The notes under the pieces are model-generated. The model was not told the DNA's origin, made no database searches, and saw nothing but the letters and a program-made list of their open reading frames with translations. Both the position numbers and the translations under genes were made by a program. A DNA stretch of 55,236 nucleotides, from IMG/VR virus record IMGVR_UViG_3300026026_000014, positions 1-55,236 of that record. One strand, given 5' to 3'. Source of the stretch: a virus. Lineage: Duplodnaviria; Caudoviricetes. Below, piece by piece: positions 27,847 through 37,955 of the stretch (the first letter of the stretch is position 1; each line of letters opens with the position of its first letter).

Positions 27847-28548
27847 ATGAAACTTGAAGTTTTAGATCATGGATATGTAGAACTCATTGAGACATGGGGC
27901 AGTGAAGAGCGAATTGTAGAAGCTGCCCGTATGTCTACAGGTAAAGGTTTCAAAGGTTGGGGAACTCCTATTGAACCAGGTGATGAGAAACTTCTGGCGC
28001 ATTTATACAGAAATAATCATGCCACACCTTTTGAAATGGCGGGACTTATTATTGAAGTGAAAGCTCCAATAATGGTGTTCAGAGAATGGCATAGACACCG
28101 TACTCAAAGTTACAACGAAATGAGTGCACGTTATATTCCAATCCCTGATGAAAACTACATTCCATCTATAGAGCGACTTTTAGGATCAAATGCTGCTACA
28201 AGTAATAAACAAGCGCAGAATACTACAGGTCGCGAACTATTAGTTGGTGATGCAGTATGTTTTCAAGATGATCTTGAGAAAATATACCAAAGCGCTCAAC
28301 ATCTTTATGAAAGAGCTCTTTTAGATGGTATACCAAAAGAACTTGCTCGCTTATGTTTACCAGTCGGTAGATATTCACGTATGAGAGCATCTGCTAATTT
28401 ACGTAATTGGTTAGCGTTCTTAAAATTGCGTCAGACTCAGTTTGCTCAGTATGAAATTCGAGTTTATGCAGATGCAATAGGTAAAATCATTGAGAGTAAA
28501 TTTCCATATACGTGGGAATTATATCTTGAAGAGACCACTAAGTTTTGA
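27847..28548 (+). CDS. thyX: flavin-dependent thymidylate synthase
   Basis: H.TPFE, ThyX motif RHRTQSYNEMSAR, ELARLCLP, AQYEIR. Confidence 0.95.
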   Translation: MKLEVLDHGYVELIETWGSEERIVEAARMSTGKGFKGWGTPIEPGDEKLLAHLYRNNHATPFEMAGLIIEVKAPIMVFREWHRHRTQSYNEMSARYIPIPDENYIPSIERLLGSNAATSNKQAQNTTGRELLVGDAVCFQDDLEKIYQSAQHLYERALLDGIPKELARLCLPVGRYSRMRASANLRNWLAFLKLRQTQFAQYEIRVYADAIGKIIESKFPYTWELYLEETTKF

Positions 28549-28567
28549 CTCTCCCTCAGAGTCCTTT

Positions 28568-28593
28568 AAGGAGCCTTACGGCTCCTTCTTTTT
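28568..28593 (+). terminator. intrinsic terminator ending the + strand arm
   Basis: AAGGAGCC-TTAC-GGCTCCTT plus a T-run. Confidence 0.8.
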
Positions 28594-28608
28594 AATTGTG
28601 ACTTATGA

Positions 28609-28720
28609 ATCATGTGCCTGGTTTATCCCTGGTTTAACAATATTTTAATTTATATAGATATATTAATATAACTCGGTTTTATTAAACCTAATAAACCAGG
28701 CACACCAGGCTCATTGTTTT
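28609..28720. repeat. dispersed palindromic element, copy 3, at the convergence of the two transcription arms
   Basis: ATCATGTGCCTGGTTTATCCCTGGTTT...TAAACCAGGCACACCAGGCTCATTGTTTT. Confidence 0.9.
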
Positions 28721-28738
28721 AATATATTAAAAATAATC

Positions 28739-29200
28739 TTAATTTTTAATATACAAAGACCTTACCCAATCTTGTAGATCACTTAACTGCTTAATATAGC
28801 CATTACACATTAAATTGTTGTGTGTAGCCACTATTAAGGCGTCACGATCCGTTCTAATGGCACTGGAGTAACCATTAAGTTCGCAGGAGGTGTCTTCGGA
28901 GGCTGATATTGTAGAGCAGTCGTAGGACAGCAACCAGTCAGGAGACATATTCCCAGTAGCAACATACTCAATAACCTTTTTGATAATAACTTGCTGCTTT
29001 TTGTCTTGTAATTTTCTGTAATCTTCATGTTGAGCCTCTATAGTGTCTTGTTTAGTAATAATTACTTTGTTAGCTTCAGCAACTTTATTTTGAAGAGCTA
29101 ATACTTCTGAATCTCTTTTCCATGAACTGATATTATAACCAGCCAAGAAAACTGAGATCAAAATTGCGCCATAAATGTATAATTTGAATTGTTCAAACAT
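28739..29200 (-). CDS. i-spanin (Rz-like)
   Basis: N-terminal TM helix plus coiled coil; follows the endolysin; contains an embedded lipoprotein ORF. Confidence 0.8.
   Translation of the reverse strand: MFEQFKLYIYGAILISVFLAGYNISSWKRDSEVLALQNKVAEANKVIITKQDTIEAQHEDYRKLQDKKQQVIIKKVIEYVATGNMSPDWLLSYDCSTISASEDTSCELNGYSSAIRTDRDALIVATHNNLMCNGYIKQLSDLQDWVRSLYIKN
28834..29028 (-). CDS. o-spanin (Rz1-like lipoprotein) embedded in the i-spanin gene
   Basis: KRLLSMLLLGICLLTGC lipobox followed by Pro-rich QPPKTPPANLM; start uncertain. Confidence 0.75.
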   Translation of the reverse strand: MKITENYKTKSSKLLSKRLLSMLLLGICLLTGCCPTTALQYQPPKTPPANLMVTPVPLERIVTP

Positions 29201-29636
29201 TTTTAGGTATTAATTCAATTGCGTCAATGTTACGACAAGCAAAGTGTAACCAACTAATATCCACTTCCAAAGCGGTAATATATGGAAACTTGTCTTTGTT
29301 CTGAATAATATACTTGCGCATTTCTTCGGCTTTAACAGTCAAAGAGATTGCATCCAAAGCACGGCCATACTTGTGATCCGACCATTTAGTAGTTGGACAG
29401 TCAGGGTCATCAGATATAAATGGCCTTAATCCACTATACTTGCGCACTTGGCCACATGCTACTTGCAATTTCTTATCATGCCAAGTATTAATGAAAATAG
29501 GACCAAATTGTTCACGTACTTGATCTGCAGAAATAAGAATCCTATCATCTAAAAGCTTCCATGCGCTTTCACCACGTTCTGCATAAATTTCAGGTGGTAC
29601 CAGTTCTTGTAATTGGAAATGTTTACATCTGTACAT
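29193..29636 (-). CDS. endolysin, peptidase M15-like
   Basis: HF.L.EL, SGLR, SDHKYGRALD and WLH Zn-peptidase motifs. Confidence 0.8.
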   Translation of the reverse strand: MYRCKHFQLQELVPPEIYAERGESAWKLLDDRILISADQVREQFGPIFINTWHDKKLQVACGQVRKYSGLRPFISDDPDCPTTKWSDHKYGRALDAISLTVKAEEMRKYIIQNKDKFPYITALEVDISWLHFACRNIDAIELIPKNV

Positions 29637-29637
29637 A

Positions 29638-32600
29638 TCATAGTCCTATTGCTGTGAATATTGCTGCAATTGCTGCAGCTCCAATATCTGTATCATAAAT
29701 ACCTACAAGGCACATATCACCATTGAAGTAAGAAGATCCAGAATCATGTGATCTACCAATATAATTTGAAGCTCTAGTGACGTTAGCCAAGAACGTAGTT
29801 CCTGTATTTGAACTTACCAAAGAGCCATTGAGATAGTGGTATATTTTACCTGTGTTATCCTGGCGGACACAATACATTTTCCAGTCTCCATCCGTAATAG
29901 TAGATGTAGATGTATGAGTATTAGATACTGCTGCGGCAACATAAACTTGTGAATACATCGAAGTACCAGTACCTGAACGTCCAAATCTAAAGTTATCATT
30001 TGGCCAAGTGGTATTCTCTGCTAAGTCAATAAACTGTGCGTCATTAGCATTAGTTAAAGGTCTAGCAAGTACGAACATTGTAAAGCCAGAAGTGAAGTTC
30101 GCAAATCCAGTAGTAGGTAATGAGATGTAATCATTTGAACCATCGAATACTGCGCACTTAATGTTTTCGCGAATAACTCCCATGGTCATACCACCATTAA
30201 GAGTTCCATGTCTTACGTTACCAGATAGATCTGGAACAACTGTACCAGAAGGAGTTGTATTCATGCCATAAAGTGCGTATGGAGTATAGGACAACGCAGA
30301 TGTAATTGCCGCAGATAAGTCTATCTCAGGATTAACATCTGCTTGATAAATTGTAGAATCCCATGAATAGCAATCATCAATCATAGTATTAGAGAAAGGT
30401 TGATCACCAAAGTTTATTTGTATATGTGTAGTAGTTTGGTTACTGTTACATATACCTGGGTAATAAGTACCTGAAGGTAATACCATATCTTTTCTGCCTA
30501 AAGTAGGACTTATGAAAGTTATTTCTCCGATATCAAGATCTACACAAATCATTACCCATTCATTAGCAGGAACGGTGGCTAATGTTTTTATCAAAGTACC
30601 TACAGTGTAAACCTGTCCGTTACTTGGATATATAGCAGTTCCCATACCTGCTGCGCCAAGTAGAGAACCTGTTGCGGGATTTGTAGTAACTCCAAAGATT
30701 ATATTGGTGTCCATGTATGAAGCTCTAGCTTCAAAAGCCCAACGTCCAGAACTTTTTGGGGCATTAGCATAAACACCTTTATTACCAGAAGCAGTGTTAC
30801 CTTTAATTAATGTATCGTCCATCAATACATCTAATCCTGCAGCTTTAAGCGATAGTAGTAACTTGTTAGGATTATACACGAATCCACTACATAAATTACC
30901 ATCTACAGAAGTATATCTTGGAGGTATGCTATTTACAAAAGCTGTATCGCCTAAATTAAGGTGTAATTCTTCGTTATCATAAACCCAACCTGCTACGTAA
31001 TAGTCTGTGTCGGTGAACAATATATTTTGGTGTATAACTATAGGTACTTTATTATCGCGACGGCACAATAGTATCCCACCAGTAGTTGAATCAATAAAGT
31101 TAACTATGAATTGAAATACATCGCCTGGACTACCTGCTTGTATATGAGATCCGTAATTGACATTTGATCCGTTAGTATATCCTAAAGCATTAAACACAAA
31201 TCCAAAGTCATCATCGCGTTGTCCTACATATTGTGTTAAAGCATCTGCTTCCTTATATGAAGTAATACCAATACCTACTTGAGAATTAGTACCTTGAAAT
31301 GAAGCTTCAAATACATATCTGCCATAACGCGTCATAGGTATATAAGCCATAACACGTTTATAATATGAACCACTTACAGCTGTTGCGATAGTTTTAGCGG
31401 GATTAAAGGTTACATTTGAGTGACTCATAGCTGGTAACCAATTATATTCGTAATAGTTACCAATTTCGCTCCATGTGAATAAATCACGGATTGATTTAGG
31501 TGTAAAAGTAATTCCTTCAAATAAAGAAACTTGAGATAAACTTCCACCAAAACTATTTACTGAATTACCAGAATCATCAGGTCTTGAACCAATAAATAAT
31601 CTCGCGGCGTTAGATGCTACAGAGGTATCTGCAGTTACAGTTGTAAATTGATATATTTGATATATTGCACCATTTATGTAGAGTTCAACTATATTAGTTG
31701 TTGTATCTATGTTTACAGCGCAACTATGCCAACGTCCATCATTAATTACTTGTCTACCAACAGTTTTCTCCATAGTAGTTGTATAATTGCTAGAACGTCC
31801 AAAAACAAGTTTACCATTATCAAATCCGATACTAAATGGTATTTTATGTCCTGCAGAACCTACAGATTCTCTTAATTCCACTACAGTATTACCGCCGTAC
31901 CAATTTGCACCAGCGGTATTTCCTGTAAATTTAAAGAAGAATGAAATACAATACTTAGAAGACACAATACCTATATTTGTAAATGGATGTCCTCCTGCCA
32001 AATTGTCAACGACTCTTAAGTATTTTGCTGCGTTAGGAAAATCTATACCTCTATTAGAAGCTATGTATTGACTTGGACCTTCTACATCTAGTGTTGGTGA
32101 ACCTATAAATGTTCCGTTAGTAGCATATGAACCATAATCTACAGCGGTACTTCCAGAAAGTTCATCCATTTTATAAAACATATCAGCGCCATAACCAATA
32201 AATACATCGTCTAATTGAGTTACTGCCGTTGTACCCGCTGTATACAAATCGCTTATATTAGTTGAAGTCCACTCATTATTATCGATAGTTAATGCGGCGA
32301 TAAGACCTGTCATGAATTTAGTATTGTTGGTACTATCATAACCCCAACACAATCTATCTACTGCAGTACCAGCATATACTTTTCTAGTTGCACTTCCTAT
32401 TAATGAACCATTGATATATAAACGTCCACCATTCGCAGCAGATTCTGTATATGTAACAAAATATCTTGTATTAGCTACGACAGTAGGCCATGATATAGTC
32501 ATAAGAGATCCACCGCTCTTATCTACATATATCTTTCCGTTGTGTTCATAAATCTTTAACGAATATTCGTTAGTTGTACCTGCATGTTGCATAAACAATA

Positions 32601-35064
32601 TTTGATCAGTACCTGTGTTAACTGCGTCAAGTTTTATCCATAGAGATATCGTAAAACTTGAGGTATCTGAGAATATCTTTTCAGTAGTGTATGCGCCATC
32701 ATTACCTGAGAATTTAACTGTTGGTTGATTGGCACCATCTACTAATATAGCACTATCCCAAATAGGAGTACCATAGTATTTAGCATCATGTCCATTGTTA
32801 GACCAATCTATAACAGTTACAAGACCATATTCTGCCATCAAATAATATGCAACTGGTGTTAGAGTTTCTAGTAATAAACTGTATGGATCTTCTAAAGAAG
32901 GGAATAGTACTGTGAATGACATTATGTTTTTCTGCCAACTAGTTCTACCACCTAAAGATGTTTCCACTTCTAATCTGAGATTCTTAACTATAGAACCATT
33001 TATGTCTGTTAAATACTGACTCTTAGAATATGCGTATGCATGATCAGAAGGTATTGCGGAAGTTATAGAACGTATAAGAGCATTTGTGTCATCGTTATAA
33101 ATGTTAATAGTCATTGTAGTACCGGCTTCCATAGCAAAGTTACCAGCGTAAGAATCATCAAAAACTTGATCACCCATAACTAAACGACCACGTTCCATCC
33201 AACCTATGTTAAGGTTTAAATCGAAATATATTTCAGTATTGTCTGGATAATATAATCCTTCTACTGTTAAACGTGCGACATTATACGGACGTTTAATACG
33301 ATAGTTAGTTGTATATAGGTGGTATGTAGCCGCAGATTCGGCTAATACACCTACACCGGTAGAAGGTAAAAACTTGAAGTATACATTCTCTGGACTTGAG
33401 CGTACATTACTTTCGCCATCAGCTACTGTGAAATCAGTTATGTAACATACAGTATCTTTTGCGTGCGTACGAGGTCTTGTATCTAAACAACCGCGTTTTA
33501 TTACAGCAGTTAACAAAGTCACGTTAACTGAAGTTATTTGACACCATTCACTATCTATTAGAATGAATTGTAATGGAACTACTAAATCCATCATGTCATC
33601 ATCATAGAATGATATAGTAGTTTGGTATTCATTAATTGCTGCTAATAGTTTACAAGTAGGATTGAAATATGCAACTCCAGCCAAAGAGAAAGAAGACTCA
33701 CCAGGACCTTGAGCCATAATCTTATAACTTAAAGCGTCTGGAGCATTCTTCTTAACATATGAACCTACCATAGCATAACCTGGATCTGCAGATTCAGTGT
33801 TGATACCATTTGATAATGCCCAATATTGATAAGGGAATTCTTCTAATTTATAAGTTGTAACGTCTACCGGAGACGATACAGGAGTAGTCCAAGCTGTTGG
33901 AGGAGGTGGAGCATAAATAGTGTTTGCAATACTGAATACATCCTGTACGCAGGTTAACGTAATAGAACGGTCATCTGTACTTCCATAAGATATTTCAACA
34001 ATACGTAATACCATTTCCTGGATATCATATGCGTCCCAATGCCATACAATAGCATCACCTAATCCTAAGTTATAAGCATCTCTGTTAACATGTAATTCTA
34101 CGCGAGACAAAGGCGCTGACAATTGAGTTAACTGACGTTGCGCAATTTTGTTAGCAAGTGTAGCGTCTGTAATTGCAGGATATTCTACAGTGGAAGTTAC
34201 TGTATATCCTTGCTTAGAAATCAATGCAGAATCATGCACTTTAATGTTACGTGGAGTTTCGTCACTAGCATCCGTATATGTAAGCAAAACTTCATTTACT
34301 GTTTCACCTATAGACGGACGGTCATATTTCACTACTTCGATAATGTTGTCTTCGTTGAAAACTTTTAGCGCTCCAACAGTATAATCATTACGAATAAGTT
34401 TCATGGTCCATAAACCAGTGTATGGACTAATATATACGGATGCGCTTATGTGACGTACGATTTCTTGTAAAAATTGACTTACATCTTGTTCTTGAGACCA
34501 AACAAATGATAAACCAAATCCCTCAGTATATAAAGTATTTGCTGCATTAGTGAATGCTGTAAGGTCTAATTCACCAATATTATAACCTAAACCGAATTCA
34601 TTATTTGTTAACACTTCAACAATAACATGGGCAGGATTGTGATCATTACCAATTTTGGCCTTAGCAGAATACCATGAACTATGATAAGCTTCGCAAACAT
34701 AAGACCAGTATTTTATATACGGGCTTGTACCTACATAAACATGTTTCAATACTGTAGCAAATACACCTCTATATGCTGGTACTGTGGAACCTAATTTAGC
34801 GACTAAATATCCGTTTTGAGTTTGGTCACTTCTACCGAAACAAACACTTACATCGCCTTTAATACCGCCTTCACTATGGTATCCGCCAAAACAGTTCATG
34901 GCATCTATTGAGATATCTTGATTAGTAGTTACATTACCTGTCCAAACTTTTGAATCTCCAACTACTACTTCTCTAAGTGCAGTTATACTGTCATGTCCAA
35001 TTACATGATGCATACCTAAATAGTAAGCATGTGCAATTGTTTGTTTAGTCGATTTACTTCCCAT
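29638..35064 (-). CDS. tail tip / host-specificity protein with C-terminal LamG- and SPRY-like domains
   Basis: N-terminus YYLGMH...PAYRGV...NPAHVI typical of D3112/YuA/chi-like tail tips; repeated lectin motifs (FTISLWIK, DGRWH, LYING). Confidence 0.85.
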   Translation of the reverse strand: MGSKSTKQTIAHAYYLGMHHVIGHDSITALREVVVGDSKVWTGNVTTNQDISIDAMNCFGGYHSEGGIKGDVSVCFGRSDQTQNGYLVAKLGSTVPAYRGVFATVLKHVYVGTSPYIKYWSYVCEAYHSSWYSAKAKIGNDHNPAHVIVEVLTNNEFGLGYNIGELDLTAFTNAANTLYTEGFGLSFVWSQEQDVSQFLQEIVRHISASVYISPYTGLWTMKLIRNDYTVGALKVFNEDNIIEVVKYDRPSIGETVNEVLLTYTDASDETPRNIKVHDSALISKQGYTVTSTVEYPAITDATLANKIAQRQLTQLSAPLSRVELHVNRDAYNLGLGDAIVWHWDAYDIQEMVLRIVEISYGSTDDRSITLTCVQDVFSIANTIYAPPPPTAWTTPVSSPVDVTTYKLEEFPYQYWALSNGINTESADPGYAMVGSYVKKNAPDALSYKIMAQGPGESSFSLAGVAYFNPTCKLLAAINEYQTTISFYDDDMMDLVVPLQFILIDSEWCQITSVNVTLLTAVIKRGCLDTRPRTHAKDTVCYITDFTVADGESNVRSSPENVYFKFLPSTGVGVLAESAATYHLYTTNYRIKRPYNVARLTVEGLYYPDNTEIYFDLNLNIGWMERGRLVMGDQVFDDSYAGNFAMEAGTTMTINIYNDDTNALIRSITSAIPSDHAYAYSKSQYLTDINGSIVKNLRLEVETSLGGRTSWQKNIMSFTVLFPSLEDPYSLLLETLTPVAYYLMAEYGLVTVIDWSNNGHDAKYYGTPIWDSAILVDGANQPTVKFSGNDGAYTTEKIFSDTSSFTISLWIKLDAVNTGTDQILFMQHAGTTNEYSLKIYEHNGKIYVDKSGGSLMTISWPTVVANTRYFVTYTESAANGGRLYINGSLIGSATRKVYAGTAVDRLCWGYDSTNNTKFMTGLIAALTIDNNEWTSTNISDLYTAGTTAVTQLDDVFIGYGADMFYKMDELSGSTAVDYGSYATNGTFIGSPTLDVEGPSQYIASNRGIDFPNAAKYLRVVDNLAGGHPFTNIGIVSSKYCISFFFKFTGNTAGANWYGGNTVVELRESVGSAGHKIPFSIGFDNGKLVFGRSSNYTTTMEKTVGRQVINDGRWHSCAVNIDTTTNIVELYINGAIYQIYQFTTVTADTSVASNAARLFIGSRPDDSGNSVNSFGGSLSQVSLFEGITFTPKSIRDLFTWSEIGNYYEYNWLPAMSHSNVTFNPAKTIATAVSGSYYKRVMAYIPMTRYGRYVFEASFQGTNSQVGIGITSYKEADALTQYVGQRDDDFGFVFNALGYTNGSNVNYGSHIQAGSPGDVFQFIVNFIDSTTGGILLCRRDNKVPIVIHQNILFTDTDYYVAGWVYDNEELHLNLGDTAFVNSIPPRYTSVDGNLCSGFVYNPNKLLLSLKAAGLDVLMDDTLIKGNTASGNKGVYANAPKSSGRWAFEARASYMDTNIIFGVTTNPATGSLLGAAGMGTAIYPSNGQVYTVGTLIKTLATVPANEWVMICVDLDIGEITFISPTLGRKDMVLPSGTYYPGICNSNQTTTHIQINFGDQPFSNTMIDDCYSWDSTIYQADVNPEIDLSAAITSALSYTPYALYGMNTTPSGTVVPDLSGNVRHGTLNGGMTMGVIRENIKCAVFDGSNDYISLPTTGFANFTSGFTMFVLARPLTNANDAQFIDLAENTTWPNDNFRFGRSGTGTSMYSQVYVAAAVSNTHTSTSTITDGDWKMYCVRQDNTGKIYHYLNGSLVSSNTGTTFLANVTRASNYIGRSHDSGSSYFNGDMCLVGIYDTDIGAAAIAAIFTAIGL

Positions 35065-35245
35065 CGTTTTCTACCTTAGTTAGAAGTTTATCACAAAATC
35101 CACATGCTCTAAACTTTGATAGTTCTGCATAGGAAATCCCGCGTTTTACAAAATCGTCGAAGTTTAACTTATGCCTCTGGAACCATATTCTGATTCCATT
35201 AGAGCAATATAACTTTTCCATATCAGAAAGATATATTCTTTTCAT
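35054..35245 (-). CDS. small tail assembly protein
   Basis: YC..G.R.WF.RH.L...DF...GI motif; conserved position before the tail tip gene. Confidence 0.7.
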   Translation of the reverse strand: MKRIYLSDMEKLYCSNGIRIWFQRHKLNFDDFVKRGISYAELSKFRACGFCDKLLTKVENDGK

Positions 35246-35466
35246 TCACGTATAGCCACAGAAGTTAAATTACCGAACCAAACTACATTAGGACTTTTAA
35301 TGGCACGTTTACCAAAGAGAATAGGTATTACTCGATCTTCAGTTGCTGTAGGTATCGTAAAGTCTTTTAACGCTTTTGGTCCTGCACCTAAATCTTCTTG
35401 CTTAGGAGCCATCACATAAGATATCACTGATATTACAATACTAACAACAATTGCAACCCATGCCAT
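35242..35466 (-). CDS. small tail assembly protein
   Basis: PTA.E.R.IP.LFG...I.SPNVVWFG.L. Confidence 0.75.
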   Translation of the reverse strand: MAWVAIVVSIVISVISYVMAPKQEDLGAGPKALKDFTIPTATEDRVIPILFGKRAIKSPNVVWFGNLTSVAIRE

Positions 35467-35473
35467 ACATCAC

Positions 35474-36277
35474 CTATTGATTAATTGGACCATCTGTAAA
35501 AGGATTCTTAGTTGGAATATATGGAAATCCGCCATAATTCAAAAAATTATTGAACTTGTTCAAGCAAGTTTCTCTAGTGTGATCACATCCCGCGATTATC
35601 TGTGCATTCATACCAGAGGATATATTGTTGAAAGGACTAGTAATCTGCAATACTCCACCTACTTGACTTACAACCATTCTCATAGCATTATTCTCTAAAA
35701 CGAGGTTTCCTCCATTATAGAATCCATCTGCTTGAGTAATACCTAAAACTGAAATACTTGTAGGATTAACTACGTTAATAGTTATGTTCTCTTTAAGTTC
35801 TGATGCTTGACACCTATTATCATAGAGAGAATGCCTACACAATTTCTGGTACTTAGAACGCAATCCTAAACGTTTGGCGCTATTAGAAACTGGTTCACAA
35901 ATAAGTTTTGCATAATCACCTTCAAATTGGCAATTGCTTACGCGACCTTGCCAATTCAATAAGAATTCGCTGTCAACATCATTAGTGTGACGAACATATC
36001 GAGATAAGAAAAGTACATCGTCCGGTTGCCCAGTTCTAAAGATATATGTAATTTCATTTGATTTATCCACTATTAAATCAATAGGATTTTTGTTTATTTC
36101 ACTAGAGTTATTAGTCTCTTTACATGTAATTTGTCTTGGAGAATAAGTAACACCTAAAGGACCTAATTGTTCTTCAGTAGCACTCACTTGGTAATATATC
36201 TGAGCTCCGTACCTGAATTTATAAAACTCAATTGGAGACCCACCATAATCTGATGCTTCAATTACACTAAGCGTCAT
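35474..36277 (-). CDS. BR0599/DUF2163-family tail hub protein (Fe-S Cys motif)
   Basis: YQ..CRH.LYD..C and AGCDHT...C..KFNN..NYGGFPYIP. Confidence 0.85.
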   Translation of the reverse strand: MTLSVIEASDYGGSPIEFYKFRYGAQIYYQVSATEEQLGPLGVTYSPRQITCKETNNSSEINKNPIDLIVDKSNEITYIFRTGQPDDVLFLSRYVRHTNDVDSEFLLNWQGRVSNCQFEGDYAKLICEPVSNSAKRLGLRSKYQKLCRHSLYDNRCQASELKENITINVVNPTSISVLGITQADGFYNGGNLVLENNAMRMVVSQVGGVLQITSPFNNISSGMNAQIIAGCDHTRETCLNKFNNFLNYGGFPYIPTKNPFTDGPINQ

Positions 36278-37955
36278 AATCGATTCCTAATATATTTAAG
36301 GATACGTCTGAATATCCATAAGATGAATGCGTGATATCAACAGAATCTGAAGATAACCTAGCTACACACATAAGAGAACATCTCTTTATATCTGTAGGAT
36401 TAACTGAATGTCCAAAAGCTAAAGCGTTATCTAAAGTTAACTCTTCATATAAAGGATTGACGTTAGGTCCTTGATTAGTAATTTTCGAATATATAACTTG
36501 ACCATTGTTTAATTCTAAACGAATGTATCTAAAAATAGATTGAGGTCCGTATTTTACGAAATCTACATTACTAATAACTATTAACGTAGCGTTATTAGCA
36601 AATGTGGTAACAATGTTTAGATCATCTTCATACGTAGGTAAAAAGAATGGATATAGTTGACCTTTACAATAATGTAAGAATTTCCTAAAAGCCCAAAATT
36701 CAGAGGTTTTGAACCTAAAAGATACAGGTCTTGTATATTTAGATTTATCCCATTTAACAATAGTAGATATTGTCCCAGTGGCAGGATTATTAACTTCAAA
36801 ATTGTTAACGTAAGAATCTTTAATAGAATCCTGTCTTAATTGAACCTCTTCTAAAACTGGTAAGGTTCTAAAGGTAATATATGGTTGGGCGGTTGTAATG
36901 TTTACATTATCTTTGACAACAAATGTAGTATTAATAACATTCAATTTAGATTGATTAGGATAAACATCTTTTGAAGGACTTTTATCCATAATGCCTACTC
37001 GCATTGGTATTACATATGGATTTGTGAAATTCTTGGTTAATGGGAACGATAACACAAATTGAGATGACGTCATAGATTCAATTTGAGATACTTCAAAATG
37101 TGTAGAATCTTCTATGAATAATACTAATCCGCCCACCCTAAAATCTGATTTAGTCGTATCAATAACTATAGTATCTTGGGCGACACTTAGTGAAGTTCCT
37201 TTTAACCATGAACCTTCAAACCAAACTGGTATTCCCCAAGTCTGAGGAAACCAAGCAGATATAAGGAGATTAGATTTTTGCCGCTCTAAATCTCTTACAT
37301 TATAAATCATTGAAATACGCTGTTCTGGTCCTAATGGGCGTATACGTACACGTTGTTCTTTTCCACTATAAGACGTAAGTACGTTAGTTTTCCAGGATAA
37401 CTTCTCTGTTATAGCATCTACGGGTTGATATAAATACGGAACTACGCGAAGACCAGTTATAGGAACTAAAACCATTTCGCTAGTAAAATCTAATTCTAAG
37501 ACTGCATTAATAGTAGCAGGGCCATCAGAACTTGCTGTAAGGTCAAAATTAGTTTCTTGAAGGGGACCGAACGTATATGGAGTAGTTATAGCAATTGAAA
37601 GACCAGAATCACCAACTATATTTGCAGAAGCTAAAGTCTTATTTACGAAATATGCATTGAAAATGTTTAGAGATCTTATGGTGTTAGAAACTACATTACC
37701 TACATCAATTGCTGTAGGAGTAACTGTGATATTGTAATAGAATAAGTCTTTGTACGATTTTACTTTATATCCATCAACTGCTATACCTACGTTACCTAAT
37801 GGTTGATAATCAGTTTTGCTTCCACCTCCTTTTATTTTACCCTGTATAGAATAGTATGGGGTGTAAAAATCTGTAAAATCACGTACAGGAATATTGACGG
37901 ATACATTTGGATTTGTACCCTCAGGTATAATTAGCGAAGGAATTATCTGACTCAT
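36267..37955 (-). CDS. minor tail / distal tail protein
   Basis: E.L.W.T.V.....G.EQR motif, GQ...F..PT, ARL.SD; position in the tail module. Confidence 0.75.
   Translation of the reverse strand: MSQIIPSLIIPEGTNPNVSVNIPVRDFTDFYTPYYSIQGKIKGGGSKTDYQPLGNVGIAVDGYKVKSYKDLFYYNITVTPTAIDVGNVVSNTIRSLNIFNAYFVNKTLASANIVGDSGLSIAITTPYTFGPLQETNFDLTASSDGPATINAVLELDFTSEMVLVPITGLRVVPYLYQPVDAITEKLSWKTNVLTSYSGKEQRVRIRPLGPEQRISMIYNVRDLERQKSNLLISAWFPQTWGIPVWFEGSWLKGTSLSVAQDTIVIDTTKSDFRVGGLVLFIEDSTHFEVSQIESMTSSQFVLSFPLTKNFTNPYVIPMRVGIMDKSPSKDVYPNQSKLNVINTTFVVKDNVNITTAQPYITFRTLPVLEEVQLRQDSIKDSYVNNFEVNNPATGTISTIVKWDKSKYTRPVSFRFKTSEFWAFRKFLHYCKGQLYPFFLPTYEDDLNIVTTFANNATLIVISNVDFVKYGPQSIFRYIRLELNNGQVIYSKITNQGPNVNPLYEELTLDNALAFGHSVNPTDIKRCSLMCVARLSSDSVDITHSSYGYSDVSLNILGIDYDA

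Noticed and set aside
29638-35064. Diversity-generating retroelement acting on the tail tip
   Set aside because: No reverse transcriptase and no TR/VR pair differing at adenines was seen
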